64,000 bases of DNA, taken from contig JBPOGF010000001.1 of assembly GCA_051251915.1 (NCBI GenBank), positions 1 to 64,000 on the forward strand. Direction: 5' to 3'. Under the pieces are notes generated by a model. It was not told the origin of the DNA. It did no database searches and saw only the letters and a list, made by a program, of their open reading frames with translations. Source of the DNA: Akkermansiaceae bacterium (lineage in GTDB: Bacteria; Verrucomicrobiota; Verrucomicrobiia; Verrucomicrobiales; Akkermansiaceae). Position numbers and translations under genes: made by a program. This document shows, one piece after another, positions 1-8,681 of this stretch (positions within the stretch are counted from its first letter, which is position 1; each line of letters begins with the position of its first letter).

Positions 1-44
1 CAACCATAGACAGGCTTTTTCTGATAGTATTTTCTAACAGAAAT

Positions 45-287
45 TTATCGATGAGTACCCTTAAGTCCGTGCCATTCAGGACCGACCCCTGTTGCTTGAC
101 CCCTGTTGCTTGACGCTTTACTGTAGGCGAGGAAGTCGGCGGTTAGTTGGCAGCAGATGGCGTGGTAGCCTTGGTCGTCTGGGCCTACGTTGCATTGGCC
201 GTCGCGGTAGAAGCCGGTGAGGGGATCTAGGCTGCAGGGGATGAGTGGTTCTCCGAGGACGTTTTTGTTAGATCCAGTATTTTCCAT
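45..287 (-). pseudogene. DUF2237 family protein, 3'-truncated by a repeat element
   Basis: N-terminus NVLGEPLIPCSLDPLTGFYRDGQC...HAICCQLTADFLAYSK is typical DUF2237. The expected GNDLSTP...WCLCA half is replaced at ~115 by repeat-derived sequence. Confidence 0.8.
60..114. repeat. GACCCC-ended element terminus with 14-bp tandem duplication
   Basis: CTTAAGTCCGTGCCATTCAGGACC followed by (GACCCCTGTTGCTT)x2 at 84-97 and 98-111, then GAC; lies exactly at the DUF2237 breakpoint. Confidence 0.6.
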
Positions 288-329
288 GGTTAGAGACTAC
301 ACTTGTTGGGGTGATTCACCACTGATTTG

Positions 330-447
330 TTGGGTTGCTTGGGTTGTGCCCTGCGGGAGCTTACCACGAATCGGCACGAATGGGGTGGGCGATGAAACGT
401 TTTGAACCGCTGAATTCACTGAATGAACGCTGAACTTGGGTTGATGG
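330..447. repeat. Composite intergenic repeat (CACGAAT and CGCTGAA modules, CTTGGGTTG motif)
   Basis: ACCACGAATCGGCACGAAT and ACCGCTGAATTCACTGAATGAACGCTGAACTTGGGTTGATGG match modules at 8563-8681 and 12839-12921. Confidence 0.7.
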
Positions 448-790
448 ATTTTTTTGACCTCACTGCAAACCTAAATTCACTCTAGGAGGAGAGAGTGAGA
501 TCACGCAGAGACGTAATGGAATGAAGTCAAAAGGCACTGAAACTACGGAACAGGGTTGATGGTCGCGTATAAAGCCACGCGGTGGCGGGACTCACGCGAT
601 TAACCACGTGCAGCGTTGCTGTTTTACGTGGGGTAGATGTATTTTGAACTGCTGGATGCATCGAGTGATACTTAATTTTGATGATATTAAATCTGATCTC
701 TAGAAAGACAAATTATAAATTATAGGACTTGTTTCTTAACCGTGCTTTTTCTCCGTTGCTTTTTTATTTAATTAAGCTTAGATCTTTATT

Positions 791-3700
791 ATGTTAATAG
801 AGTCTCTTATGTCAGGAATTGGTGTGTCCATTTCAAGTTCATTATTAAAATTATGGTTAAAAGATAATGCACTAGCTTCTGATGTAACTGTAGATATAAG
901 TAAGATAATTATTACTAAGTTTTCAGACATATTTACACAAAAAAAAGTTAGGAGAACATTCGAAAATATTGGAGATCAAGCTGCCAAAAGTATTAGTAGT
1001 TTAATAAAAAAAGAGGCTTCTGGTATAAATGAAGATCGTCTTAAAATTATTGCAGCTGCAGCTAGCGAGACTTTGACGAATACCCCAATAGATATAGACC
1101 TATTAATTGATAAGAATTTACAGGATGAAAATTTGCTTTGCTATTTACTTGAACGAACGGGAGCGCAAGGAGGTAATCCAGCTTTGGCATTAAATACGAA
1201 AGGTCTTACAAATTATACTAAAGTTGAGACCGAATTGTATAGAAACCTGTTAAGTCATTCTGCTCAGATAATTGTGGACACCGCATCTAGTTTTCCCAAA
1301 TTTGATGTTAAGATTAACGGAGCTTTGTTGAATAAGTTAGAACATATTGCAGAAGAATTAATGGATGGTATGAATCTAATTGTTGAAGAGCGTTCAGATA
1401 GGTATGAGGGCGATTATAGGAATGCCTGCGTCAGAAAACATGATCAGTTAGAGCTCTTTGGAGTAGACTTAAATGAGGCAAATCAACGTTACAACCTTAG
1501 TGTAGCATATGTGACTTTGATGGTTGAAAGTAAGCAAAACAACTCTAGTAGTATAATGCTATCTGTTGAAAGCGAAACGGGTTGTGAGGATATAGGTAAT
1601 GATGCTGATTTAGATGTAAGAACTTCAATACAAGCTCATCAAGCATTACTCGAAAACCAGAGATTGTTCATAAGAGCTCCTGCGGGAGCTGGTAAAACAA
1701 CTTTACTTCAGTGGTTCACGGTCTTTTGCGCAGCTAGAAAGTTAGAAGGTGATTTGAAGCAATTTAATGGTTTTGTTCCTTTCTTTATAAAGTTAAGGGA
1801 TTGTGTAGATGGCAAGTCTACTAAAGACGGGTCATTTAACTTACCTGATATCTCAGATTTTGCATCTTGCAGTGTAAGTACTATTGGTAAATCAGCACCT
1901 GATAATTGGATTTATGACCGGCTCAAGTCTGGTAAAGCATTTGTTCTTATTGATGGCTTAGATGAAGTTACTGAGAATAAAAGAGAAGATGTGAAAAAAT
2001 GGTTAGGCGAGCTGGTGGAAACGTTTCCTGAGGTTCGTTATGTCGTCACATCGCGACCTCATGCTGCAGAAGAAGGTTGGTTAGATGCAGATAGCTTTAC
2101 AGATGCAGAACTGCAAGAAATGGAAACTAAAGATGTTTATGAATTTGTTGAGCATTGGCATGATGCAGTATCGGACGGGATTAATGCGCCAGAGGAGAAA
2201 GAGGAGGTAAAAGAACTTTCAAATGCACTTATTGAGAAGCTCTCAAAAAACCCTTCTATTCATAGACTTGCGACGAGTCCTTTATTATGTGCGTTACTCT
2301 GTGCTCTTCATCGGCAACGTGTACAGAATTTACCTAATGATAGATTAGAGCTGTATAGAGTTTGTGTAGAGATGTTTCTGAGGAGAGATGAAGAGCGTAG
2401 AATTGATGGTTCTGACTACATAAAAATTACCGATAGACAGAAATTTGAACTTCTACAAAAAATGGCTTGGTGGATGATATCAAATGGGAGGACAACTATA
2501 ACCCCTGAAGAAGCTGCAGAAAGATTTCACGATTACTATGATCTTTTGCATAGGGTCGATTCTATAGTGAATGCAGGTAAGAAGGTCACAGATTTATTTC
2601 TACAAAGAATCGGTATTATTAGAATGCTAGCCCACAGCAAGATAGATTTTCCGCATAGAACTTTTCAAGAATATCTAGCAGCTAGAGAGGCTGTGGATGG
2701 AGATCATACCGGGCTATTAGTTAATAATGCTCATGACGACCAATGGAGAGAAGTTTTTATACTAGCTGCTGGGTTACTTCCCCCTTTAAGGGCTGAGCAA
2801 ATGCTGGCAGAATTACTTGAGAAAAGTGATCTAGATGTAAAAAATCGAGAAACTCTTATTTTAACCGCAATTGCCTGTCTAGCTGTAGTAAATTCGCAAG
2901 CTAGTAAAGACTCAACGGTCTATAGAGAAATTAAGAAAAGACTCAACTCTATCCTACCCCCATCTAGTATGACAGAAGCCAAAACTTTAGCTGCGGCAGG
3001 CGATTTAGTAGTTCCATATTTAGAGCGACCAAGTTCGATGAATGTAATTAAAGCAAAGGCTAGTGTTAGAGTACTTGCTCTAGTAGGTACTGATTTAGCA
3101 CTTGAGACACTTAAAGCTTATGCGAATGATAAGCGCATAGGAGTATTAGATGAACTAGAAATGTCAGCGAAATTTGCAAGTAATTTTGAAGCTTATTCAG
3201 AGATTGTTTGGGCTAATAAAAGTAAAATTAATTTATCTTTTGAACAATGCTGTGATATTTCGTTCTTATCGAAAAATAATAATATTAGTAAACTATTATT
3301 ACAATATTCTGGTATCCAGAATATTGAAGCTTTAAGTCACACTACTAATATAGAATTTTTAGATATTAGTAATACAATAGTTGAAAATATTGAACCTATA
3401 ATCAATAATTCGGGATTAAAATTTCTGAATATGTCTGAAACAAATGTTGTGAAATTAGACCCACTAAGCAATATGACTAATTTAGCGCACTTAAATATAA
3501 CATATACCTCAATAAAAAGCCTCGCAGTCTTAAAACGATTAAGAAATCTTATACATTTAAATATATCCTATTCTGAAGTAGATGATTTGGAGGCTTTAGA
3601 AAATCATGAAAATTTGGAATATTTAAATATTAGTCATACAGATGTTTCGTCTTTAAGTGGTATTGTTAATAATAAAAGATTAGTGCATTTAGATATCTCT

Positions 3701-3961
3701 TCTACTCAGATAACAGACCTGGATTTAATAAGTGAATTTCCACTATTAAAGGAGTTGTTAGTATGTGATCAGTTTGAGAATCAAAAACAATTAATCAAGG
3801 ACTTTACGCCAATTATGAAATTAAGAAATCTTCAATATATACATATTCCAGATAACTGGGAAATAGATAATGAGGTTATAGAATGGTTTATAGAGACGGG
3901 TGTCAGATATAATAGATCTTGGTTAGAAAATTTAATTGTAGAGAACTTGAACGAAAATTAA
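791..3961 (+). CDS. NACHT-domain NTPase with helical N-terminus and C-terminal leucine-rich repeats (bacterial NLR-like protein)
   Basis: Walker A APAGAGKTT, Walker B VLIDGLDEV, sensor VVTSRP, PLLCALLC, FPHRTFQEYLAA, WREV. At least 7 tandem 22-aa LRRs (e.g. LEYLNISHTDVSSLSGIVNNKR). Strongly AT-rich compared with its neighbours. Confidence 0.9.
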   Translation: MLIESLMSGIGVSISSSLLKLWLKDNALASDVTVDISKIIITKFSDIFTQKKVRRTFENIGDQAAKSISSLIKKEASGINEDRLKIIAAAASETLTNTPIDIDLLIDKNLQDENLLCYLLERTGAQGGNPALALNTKGLTNYTKVETELYRNLLSHSAQIIVDTASSFPKFDVKINGALLNKLEHIAEELMDGMNLIVEERSDRYEGDYRNACVRKHDQLELFGVDLNEANQRYNLSVAYVTLMVESKQNNSSSIMLSVESETGCEDIGNDADLDVRTSIQAHQALLENQRLFIRAPAGAGKTTLLQWFTVFCAARKLEGDLKQFNGFVPFFIKLRDCVDGKSTKDGSFNLPDISDFASCSVSTIGKSAPDNWIYDRLKSGKAFVLIDGLDEVTENKREDVKKWLGELVETFPEVRYVVTSRPHAAEEGWLDADSFTDAELQEMETKDVYEFVEHWHDAVSDGINAPEEKEEVKELSNALIEKLSKNPSIHRLATSPLLCALLCALHRQRVQNLPNDRLELYRVCVEMFLRRDEERRIDGSDYIKITDRQKFELLQKMAWWMISNGRTTITPEEAAERFHDYYDLLHRVDSIVNAGKKVTDLFLQRIGIIRMLAHSKIDFPHRTFQEYLAAREAVDGDHTGLLVNNAHDDQWREVFILAAGLLPPLRAEQMLAELLEKSDLDVKNRETLILTAIACLAVVNSQASKDSTVYREIKKRLNSILPPSSMTEAKTLAAAGDLVVPYLERPSSMNVIKAKASVRVLALVGTDLALETLKAYANDKRIGVLDELEMSAKFASNFEAYSEIVWANKSKINLSFEQCCDISFLSKNNNISKLLLQYSGIQNIEALSHTTNIEFLDISNTIVENIEPIINNSGLKFLNMSETNVVKLDPLSNMTNLAHLNITYTSIKSLAVLKRLRNLIHLNISYSEVDDLEALENHENLEYLNISHTDVSSLSGIVNNKRLVHLDISSTQITDLDLISEFPLLKELLVCDQFENQKQLIKDFTPIMKLRNLQYIHIPDNWEIDNEVIEWFIETGVRYNRSWLENLIVENLNEN

Positions 3962-4040
3962 GAAATTAGTAAATAATAATAAATTGGAAATAAAAAAGTA
4001 TCGAGTTAGGTAAAAATGAGTATAGAAAGTTTGAAATTTA

Positions 4041-4110
4041 AATGCACTTCTGACCCCATGTTTTAACATAGTCCAAACAGTCAGTATGACTTACCCGAGA
4101 CCTGACTCCT
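4041..4110. repeat. Two GACCCC-like element ends downstream of the NACHT gene
   Basis: AATGCACTTCTGACCCC (4041-4057) and AGACCTGACTCC (4098-4109) resemble the GGACCGACCCC end at 79-89. Confidence 0.4.
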
Positions 4111-4176
4111 CTCCTCCTCTTTTTACATGAGCCATTACTTGCGCTGAGATGTGATGCAAATAAGTTGTATGAAACT

Positions 4177-4557
4177 ATGAATTCCATTTCCAAAGAAGAA
4201 TCGATTAGATGTGCCTTTTTCGGGGCGATTGTTGCAGATGCGCTCTGCTTGGGGAGTCATTATGAGTATGATGCGGTCAAAATTTATGAGGCTTATGGGT
4301 GCCGGCCGATTGAAAAATTTATGTCGCCTGGTGAGCTGATGGGTGGGCAGACGCATGGGATAGGGTGGGGAGAGAGGAATTATCATCCGGGGAAGAAGGC
4401 GGGAGGGAGCACTGACTATGGAGACTATAATATTCTTGTACTAGAACATTTGGCTGCCACTGCGGAGCCTGTGAGGGGGGGAGCGTGGCTGAGATTATTC
4501 CGCATTGGATGGATCGGTTGGAGAATGAGACTGAGTGATTATTGGCTGGTTAGATAG
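4177..4557 (+). pseudogene. ADP-ribosylglycohydrolase family fragment (truncated, likely frameshifted)
   Basis: AFFGAIVADALCLGSHYEYD...NYHPGKKAGGSTDYGD matches the ARH N-terminus. Only ~100 aa of a ~300-aa family is present. G7 run at 4475-4481; a REP-like copy follows. Confidence 0.75.
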
Positions 4558-4570
4558 TTGGATTTTTATT

Positions 4571-4680
4571 GCGCCACTTTCAGGGCTTGTTTTTTTTGTT
4601 TTGGGGGAGTCCTAGGGCGGCGTTGCATCGTTGATGCTGTCTTGCCCCAGGCTGTTATGTGTCGCCCTCGTTGGGGCTTG
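4571..4680. repeat. REP-like palindromic element, copy A
   Basis: CGCCRCTTTCAGGGCTT...CCTAGGG..GCATCGTTGATGC..CCCCAGGCTGTTATGTGTCGCCCTCGTTGGGG; shared with 6431, 8418 and 12943. Confidence 0.85.
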
Positions 4681-4822
4681 CTTGGGTTGTCGCGTATAAC
4701 GGTTGAGCGGCTCTAAAGGAGTGGGTGTGATTCCGGAGGAGTGGAGGGAGACGCTTGATCAGTGTGGGTATTGTGATGAGTTGTTGGGTAGGTTGCCTTT
4801 GCTGAGGGGGTAATCCGTTAGC

Positions 4823-4906
4823 GGTGATCGGTGATCGGTGACTGGTGACTGGTGACTGGTGACTGGTGACTGGTGACTGGTGACTGGTGACTGGTGACTG
4901 GTGACT
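4823..4906. repeat. Heptamer tandem repeat (GGTGATC)2(GGTGACT)10
   Basis: Counted directly; ends 8 bp from the stop codon of the aldo/keto reductase. Confidence 0.95.
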
Positions 4907-4914
4907 TTCGGCCC

Positions 4915-5853
4915 TTACAGCGCCTGAATGAGCTGTAGCATTTTCTTGCGCTCTGCTGGGGTGGGTATTCTTCCGCGTAGTGCTCCTACGTTATCAATCA
5001 CATGCTTTTCTTTTGTGGTGCCTGGGATGATGACGGTTACGTCAGGATGGCCTAGGATGTATTTGAGGAAAAATTGTCCCCAGCTATTCACTCCAAATTC
5101 TTTAGACCACTCTGGAATTTCTATCCCCTTGGCTACTGTAGAGCTAAATAACTTACCACGTGCAAAAGGGACATTCACCATGACGGCAACGCCTCGGTCA
5201 CGTGCCATGGGTAGCACCTTTTCTTCGATCGAGCGGTCTAGTAGGTTGTACTGGCATTGGATAAAATCTACCTTGTGATCCTTCATCACCTTGGTGGCCT
5301 CATCATTCAGATTGGGCCTAAAATGTGTGATGCCGACGTAGCGCACTTTACCTGCCTCCTTCAGTGCATTGATCGTCTCTAGATGAGCTTCGGTGTCTTT
5401 TAAATTATGCACCTGGAGTAGGTCAAATTTTTTCATGTTAAGATCTTTAAACGACTGCGTATTCTGATCTATACCAGCCTGTTTTCCGTGAATGCTGGTC
5501 TTAGTGGCGAGGAAACATTTCTTCCTTGCTTCAGGACCTAGTTCATCTAGCGCTCTACCGATTACTTGCTCTGCATCTTTATAAGAAGGGGAAGTATCGA
5601 TGACTGTGGCTCCTTCTCGTAACAGGGCTGCAATCGCATTTTTTCTCTGGTTGAAGTCTGCCTTTAAATTACCAAAATCCATCGCTGTTCCTAGACCAAC
5701 AGCAGGTATCTTTTCACCTGTAGAATGGATGGTGCGATGGAGTAGGGGGCTAACTTTTGGTTTAGAATCAGTAGGATTCGCTATGCCCAAGCCACTGGTA
5801 GCAAGGAGACCTGCAGTGGCGCCGGATAGTTTGAGGAATTCTTTGCGTGTCAT
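4915..5853 (-). CDS. Aldo/keto reductase with Tat-like signal peptide
   Basis: IPAVGLGT, IDTSPSY, ATK, DLLQVHN, GKVRYVGIT, IPGT AKR motifs; N-terminal TRKEFLK plus hydrophobic stretch. Confidence 0.9.
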   Translation of the reverse strand: MTRKEFLKLSGATAGLLATSGLGIANPTDSKPKVSPLLHRTIHSTGEKIPAVGLGTAMDFGNLKADFNQRKNAIAALLREGATVIDTSPSYKDAEQVIGRALDELGPEARKKCFLATKTSIHGKQAGIDQNTQSFKDLNMKKFDLLQVHNLKDTEAHLETINALKEAGKVRYVGITHFRPNLNDEATKVMKDHKVDFIQCQYNLLDRSIEEKVLPMARDRGVAVMVNVPFARGKLFSSTVAKGIEIPEWSKEFGVNSWGQFFLKYILGHPDVTVIIPGTTKEKHVIDNVGALRGRIPTPAERKKMLQLIQAL

Positions 5854-6197
5854 AGTAGTGTTAGGATAGTTTTGAATGAAGATTTAAGGTGTAATACCAC
5901 TCCGCAAAACAGATCAGACAAATGGTTTTATGAGGTATTTTAGATAGTGTTTCACATTTAAGGTGGAAAGCGGGTGCTTTTTGTTTCTACCTGCGTTATT
6001 CCTCAGTCATGATGCCCACATCATTCTTTCGTCATGCCTTGATAGAAATAAAAATCACTCCGCCATTTGTCTGATTTGTTTCACTACATGGTATTATCTT
6101 AAATTGGCACGAAAACTTACCTCTAGCAAATGGAAAAATATAGGGAGCGAAGCTTTCTTACAAGGTATTCACCTGCATTGGTTTACTTTGCTTAGGG

Positions 6198-6372
6198 GGT
6201 GATCGGTTAGCGGTGATCGGTGGTTGGGATGCTGGGGGTGGTTGGTGTGCGTCTGCGGTTGGGTTGATTGGTGGGGCTGTGTTTGAGGGCTTGACGGGCT
6301 TGGGTTGTGGGTTGGACCCAGGGTTGCCACCCTGGGCTGGTATATATTTCCCCGTTGGGGAAGCTTGGGTTG
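6198..6372. repeat. Composite repeat (heptamer module plus CCCAGGG/CCCTGGG hairpin), intergenic copy
   Basis: About 90% identical by manual alignment to 11042-11213 inside the helicase gene. Confidence 0.9.
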
Positions 6373-6430
6373 TCGCGTATAACGGCTTTGCCGCGCGCGA
6401 TTTAGTTGGGTAATGAGGTTGTTGGGTTTT

Positions 6431-6543
6431 TGTGTCGCCGCTTTCAGGGCTTGGGTTCTTGGGTGGGGGGTGTCCTAGGGTTGCGTTGCATCGTTGATGC
6501 TGTCTTACCCTAGGCTGTTATGTGTCGCCCTCGTTGGGGCTTG
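6431..6543. repeat. REP-like palindromic element, copy B
   Basis: Near-identical to copies A and C; CCTAGGG...CCCTAGG stem enclosing GCATCGTTGATGC. Confidence 0.9.
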
Positions 6544-6693
6544 CTGGGGTTGTGTGCTTGGGTTGATAGGAGATTGGAAATCTCGGGCACGTTGCTTGGG
6601 GTGTCGCATATAACGGGTTTTTCCGCACGCGGTGGTTTAGTTGATTGGAAGAGGGGACTTGGAGTTTTCTGGGGGTAGGCGGATGTTGTGGTG

Positions 6694-7995
6694 TTATGCT
6701 GAAAGCATTTTTAGGGTCTGGGTAGATCGTTGTTTGATGGCGGTTGAGATTTGGTGGATGACGGGGTGCTTGATGCCTTTTGAATGAAGTTGTTGTTCTA
6801 GTAGTGCGGCAACCTGTGGAGCTTCTTCTGCTAGGTGTCGTATTCGTGCTATGAGTTGAGCTGGTTTTATGCGTAGTTGCTTGGCGCATGTGTGCCAGTG
6901 GCGGAGTTCGATTTGTTTGAGCTTGTAGCTAGTGCCAATTTTCATCGCAAATTTTACTTTGTGCGGATTGTAAATGTTTGGGTATGGCAGTGCACTGGCG
7001 ATGTCGTAAAGTGGAGCGAGTCTAGTGACTGTTTTACCGCTGCTGAGTATGGAGTAGTTTTTCGCATGGGCATCAGTTCCTACGATCAGGTAGTTGAGTA
7101 TGATGGCGTCTGCTAATTTTAGAATGTCTTGGTAAGCATCGCTTGAGATAGACCATATTTTTTCTGCAATATCGTTTATCGAAGGACCGCCATCGGACTG
7201 ATACTTGAGGTGTGGGAGAACTCCAAGTGCTTGGCAAAAGTCTTCTTGGTGGACTCTGTGGCAGTGACCCTCATGAAAGAAACGATCGTAGCGTGTTACG
7301 ACGATCACTGGAATCCCTGCGCAATGGATGACCTCAGATTCTGCTACAGACATGCCTAGGGCTTCTGCTAATTTTAGGCAAAAATGTTCGTTTTCCGCAA
7401 AGCCATCAAATTCTCCGAGTGCTGGTTTGAGTATGTGGGTGGTAGGGGTGAGTCCGCTCGGGATACCCCATTGACCGGTCAGAGGAGATTTATAGAGGGC
7501 TGTTTTTGGTTGAGCGCCGGCTAGGCTAAATTGGCCTTGATCTGCGGCTGTGCGTTGTAAGCTCTGATTATCACGGATGCTGAGAATGAGTTTATCTAGT
7601 TGATCTTCATCGAGCCAATCAATTTGGTCGATTCGGTCATGATGGTTTGTGTTTAGTAGTTCCGCTTCTCGATCTTCTGCGATGAATTGGATCGCTCCAG
7701 GGCAATCTTGACCTACATGATTTAGTAAGCGGAAGACATTACGGGAGGAGACGTGGAATTGTTTTCCATATTGATCGAGGATGCTTTGGTTGTCTGGTAA
7801 TAAGCCCCATAAATAAGCTTCTACTAGAGAGTGTGAGAATATGCTTTCAGCTAGTGGCATGGATGCAGATAGAGCAAAGCTTTCTGCTGACTGTAGCCAG
7901 CTGGACGCGTAATGAAAGCTGAGACGGTTGTCTGTGTAGGTCACAGTTCCTAGCTTCTGCTGATTGGCAATGATACTGAGAGATTCACTTTTCAT
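6694..7995 (-). CDS. hipA: HipA family Ser/Thr kinase toxin
   Basis: LSASMP, LLPDN, VGQDCPGA, P-loop FSLAGAQPK, THILKP, NEHFC, RYDR, HQEDFCQALG, GTDAHAKNYS, LAPLYD. Confidence 0.95.
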   Translation of the reverse strand: MKSESLSIIANQQKLGTVTYTDNRLSFHYASSWLQSAESFALSASMPLAESIFSHSLVEAYLWGLLPDNQSILDQYGKQFHVSSRNVFRLLNHVGQDCPGAIQFIAEDREAELLNTNHHDRIDQIDWLDEDQLDKLILSIRDNQSLQRTAADQGQFSLAGAQPKTALYKSPLTGQWGIPSGLTPTTHILKPALGEFDGFAENEHFCLKLAEALGMSVAESEVIHCAGIPVIVVTRYDRFFHEGHCHRVHQEDFCQALGVLPHLKYQSDGGPSINDIAEKIWSISSDAYQDILKLADAIILNYLIVGTDAHAKNYSILSSGKTVTRLAPLYDIASALPYPNIYNPHKVKFAMKIGTSYKLKQIELRHWHTCAKQLRIKPAQLIARIRHLAEEAPQVAALLEQQLHSKGIKHPVIHQISTAIKQRSTQTLKMLSA

Positions 7996-8275
7996 CGCTA
8001 GAGACTAGGTGTTTTGGTTTAGAGCTTAAGTTATTGATATACATCTCAGAAATGCTCTGAGGTTCTGGTGGCTTCTGGGCGATGAGCTGGACTCCGAGTG
8101 CCTTGAGTGTGCGGAACACTAGGGCGATTTCCACAGTCTGCTTTCCTTTCTCTAAGCTGATCAACCAATCGCGGCTGACTCCAGAACGGGTGGCTAGTTC
8201 TGCTTGTGTCCAACCACGGTTCTGCCGCTCTTTTTTTACGAGATTTGCAAGATCATTAACGTTGATAAGATTCAT
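7985..8275 (-). CDS. hipB: HipB-like Xre/Cro HTH antitoxin
   Basis: ERQNRGWTQAELATRSGVSRDWLISLEKGK HTH; overlaps hipA start by 11 bp. Start reassigned to ATG 8275 because the upstream extension covers the operators. Confidence 0.85.
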   Translation of the reverse strand: MNLINVNDLANLVKKERQNRGWTQAELATRSGVSRDWLISLEKGKQTVEIALVFRTLKALGVQLIAQKPPEPQSISEMYINNLSSKPKHLVSSDEK

Positions 8276-8294
8276 TAGAATCTCTATATAACAT

Positions 8295-8367
8295 TGTAGT
8301 CGAACGGCGACAAGGGTAAAAAGAAGGTGAACGTCTACATTTATGTTGGTGTAGGTGAACGTCGACT
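8295..8367. promoter_or_regulatory. Three putative HipB operators
   Basis: TGTAGTCGAACGGCGACA (8295-8312), AGAAGGTGAACGTCTACA (8322-8339), TGTAGGTGAACGTCGACT (8350-8367): 18-bp pseudo-palindromes at 27/28-bp period directly upstream of hipB. Confidence 0.7.
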
Positions 8368-8417
8368 TTAGAATGTGCAAATTGGGTAGGAGTTCTTATG
8401 TTGTTTTTTTGGGGTTT

Positions 8418-8528
8418 TGTGTCGCCGCTATCAGGGCTTGGATTTTGGGTGGGGGTGTTCCAGGGTTGCGTTGCATGGTTGATGCTGTCTGACCCTGGGC
8501 TGTTATGTGTCGCCCTCGTTGGGGTTTG
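8418..8528. repeat. REP-like palindromic element, copy C
   Basis: Direct repeat of copy B; similarity extends into GCTGGGGTTGTGTGCTTGGG. Confidence 0.9.
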
Positions 8529-8562
8529 CTGGGGTTGTGTGCTTGGGATGATGGAACTTTTT

Positions 8563-8681
8563 ACCACGAATCTTCACGAATCTTCACGAATGTGCTTGCT
8601 GCTGCGACCTGCGGTGCTGGACCGCTGAAGGCGCTGAATTACGCTGAATTACGCTGAATTACGCTGAACTTGGGTGGATGG
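8563..8681. repeat. Short tandem modules (CACGAATCTT)n and (CGCTGAATTA)n joined by GACCTGCGGTGCTGGACC
   Basis: Read directly; the 18-bp linker recurs at 12839. Confidence 0.85.

Noticed and set aside
4691..4822. TATAACGG...CCGTTAG as a complete attC site
   Set aside because: GTTAGCGG belongs to the heptamer module seen at 6198, 11042 and 12753; the interior does not pair.
6213..6413. Small ORFs over repeats (also 8398-8628, 12768-12979)
   Set aside because: Translations of G/T-rich repeat DNA with no protein features.
8276..8380. 35-aa N-terminal extension of the antitoxin
   Set aside because: Covers the operator array; the HTH domain begins after ATG 8275.
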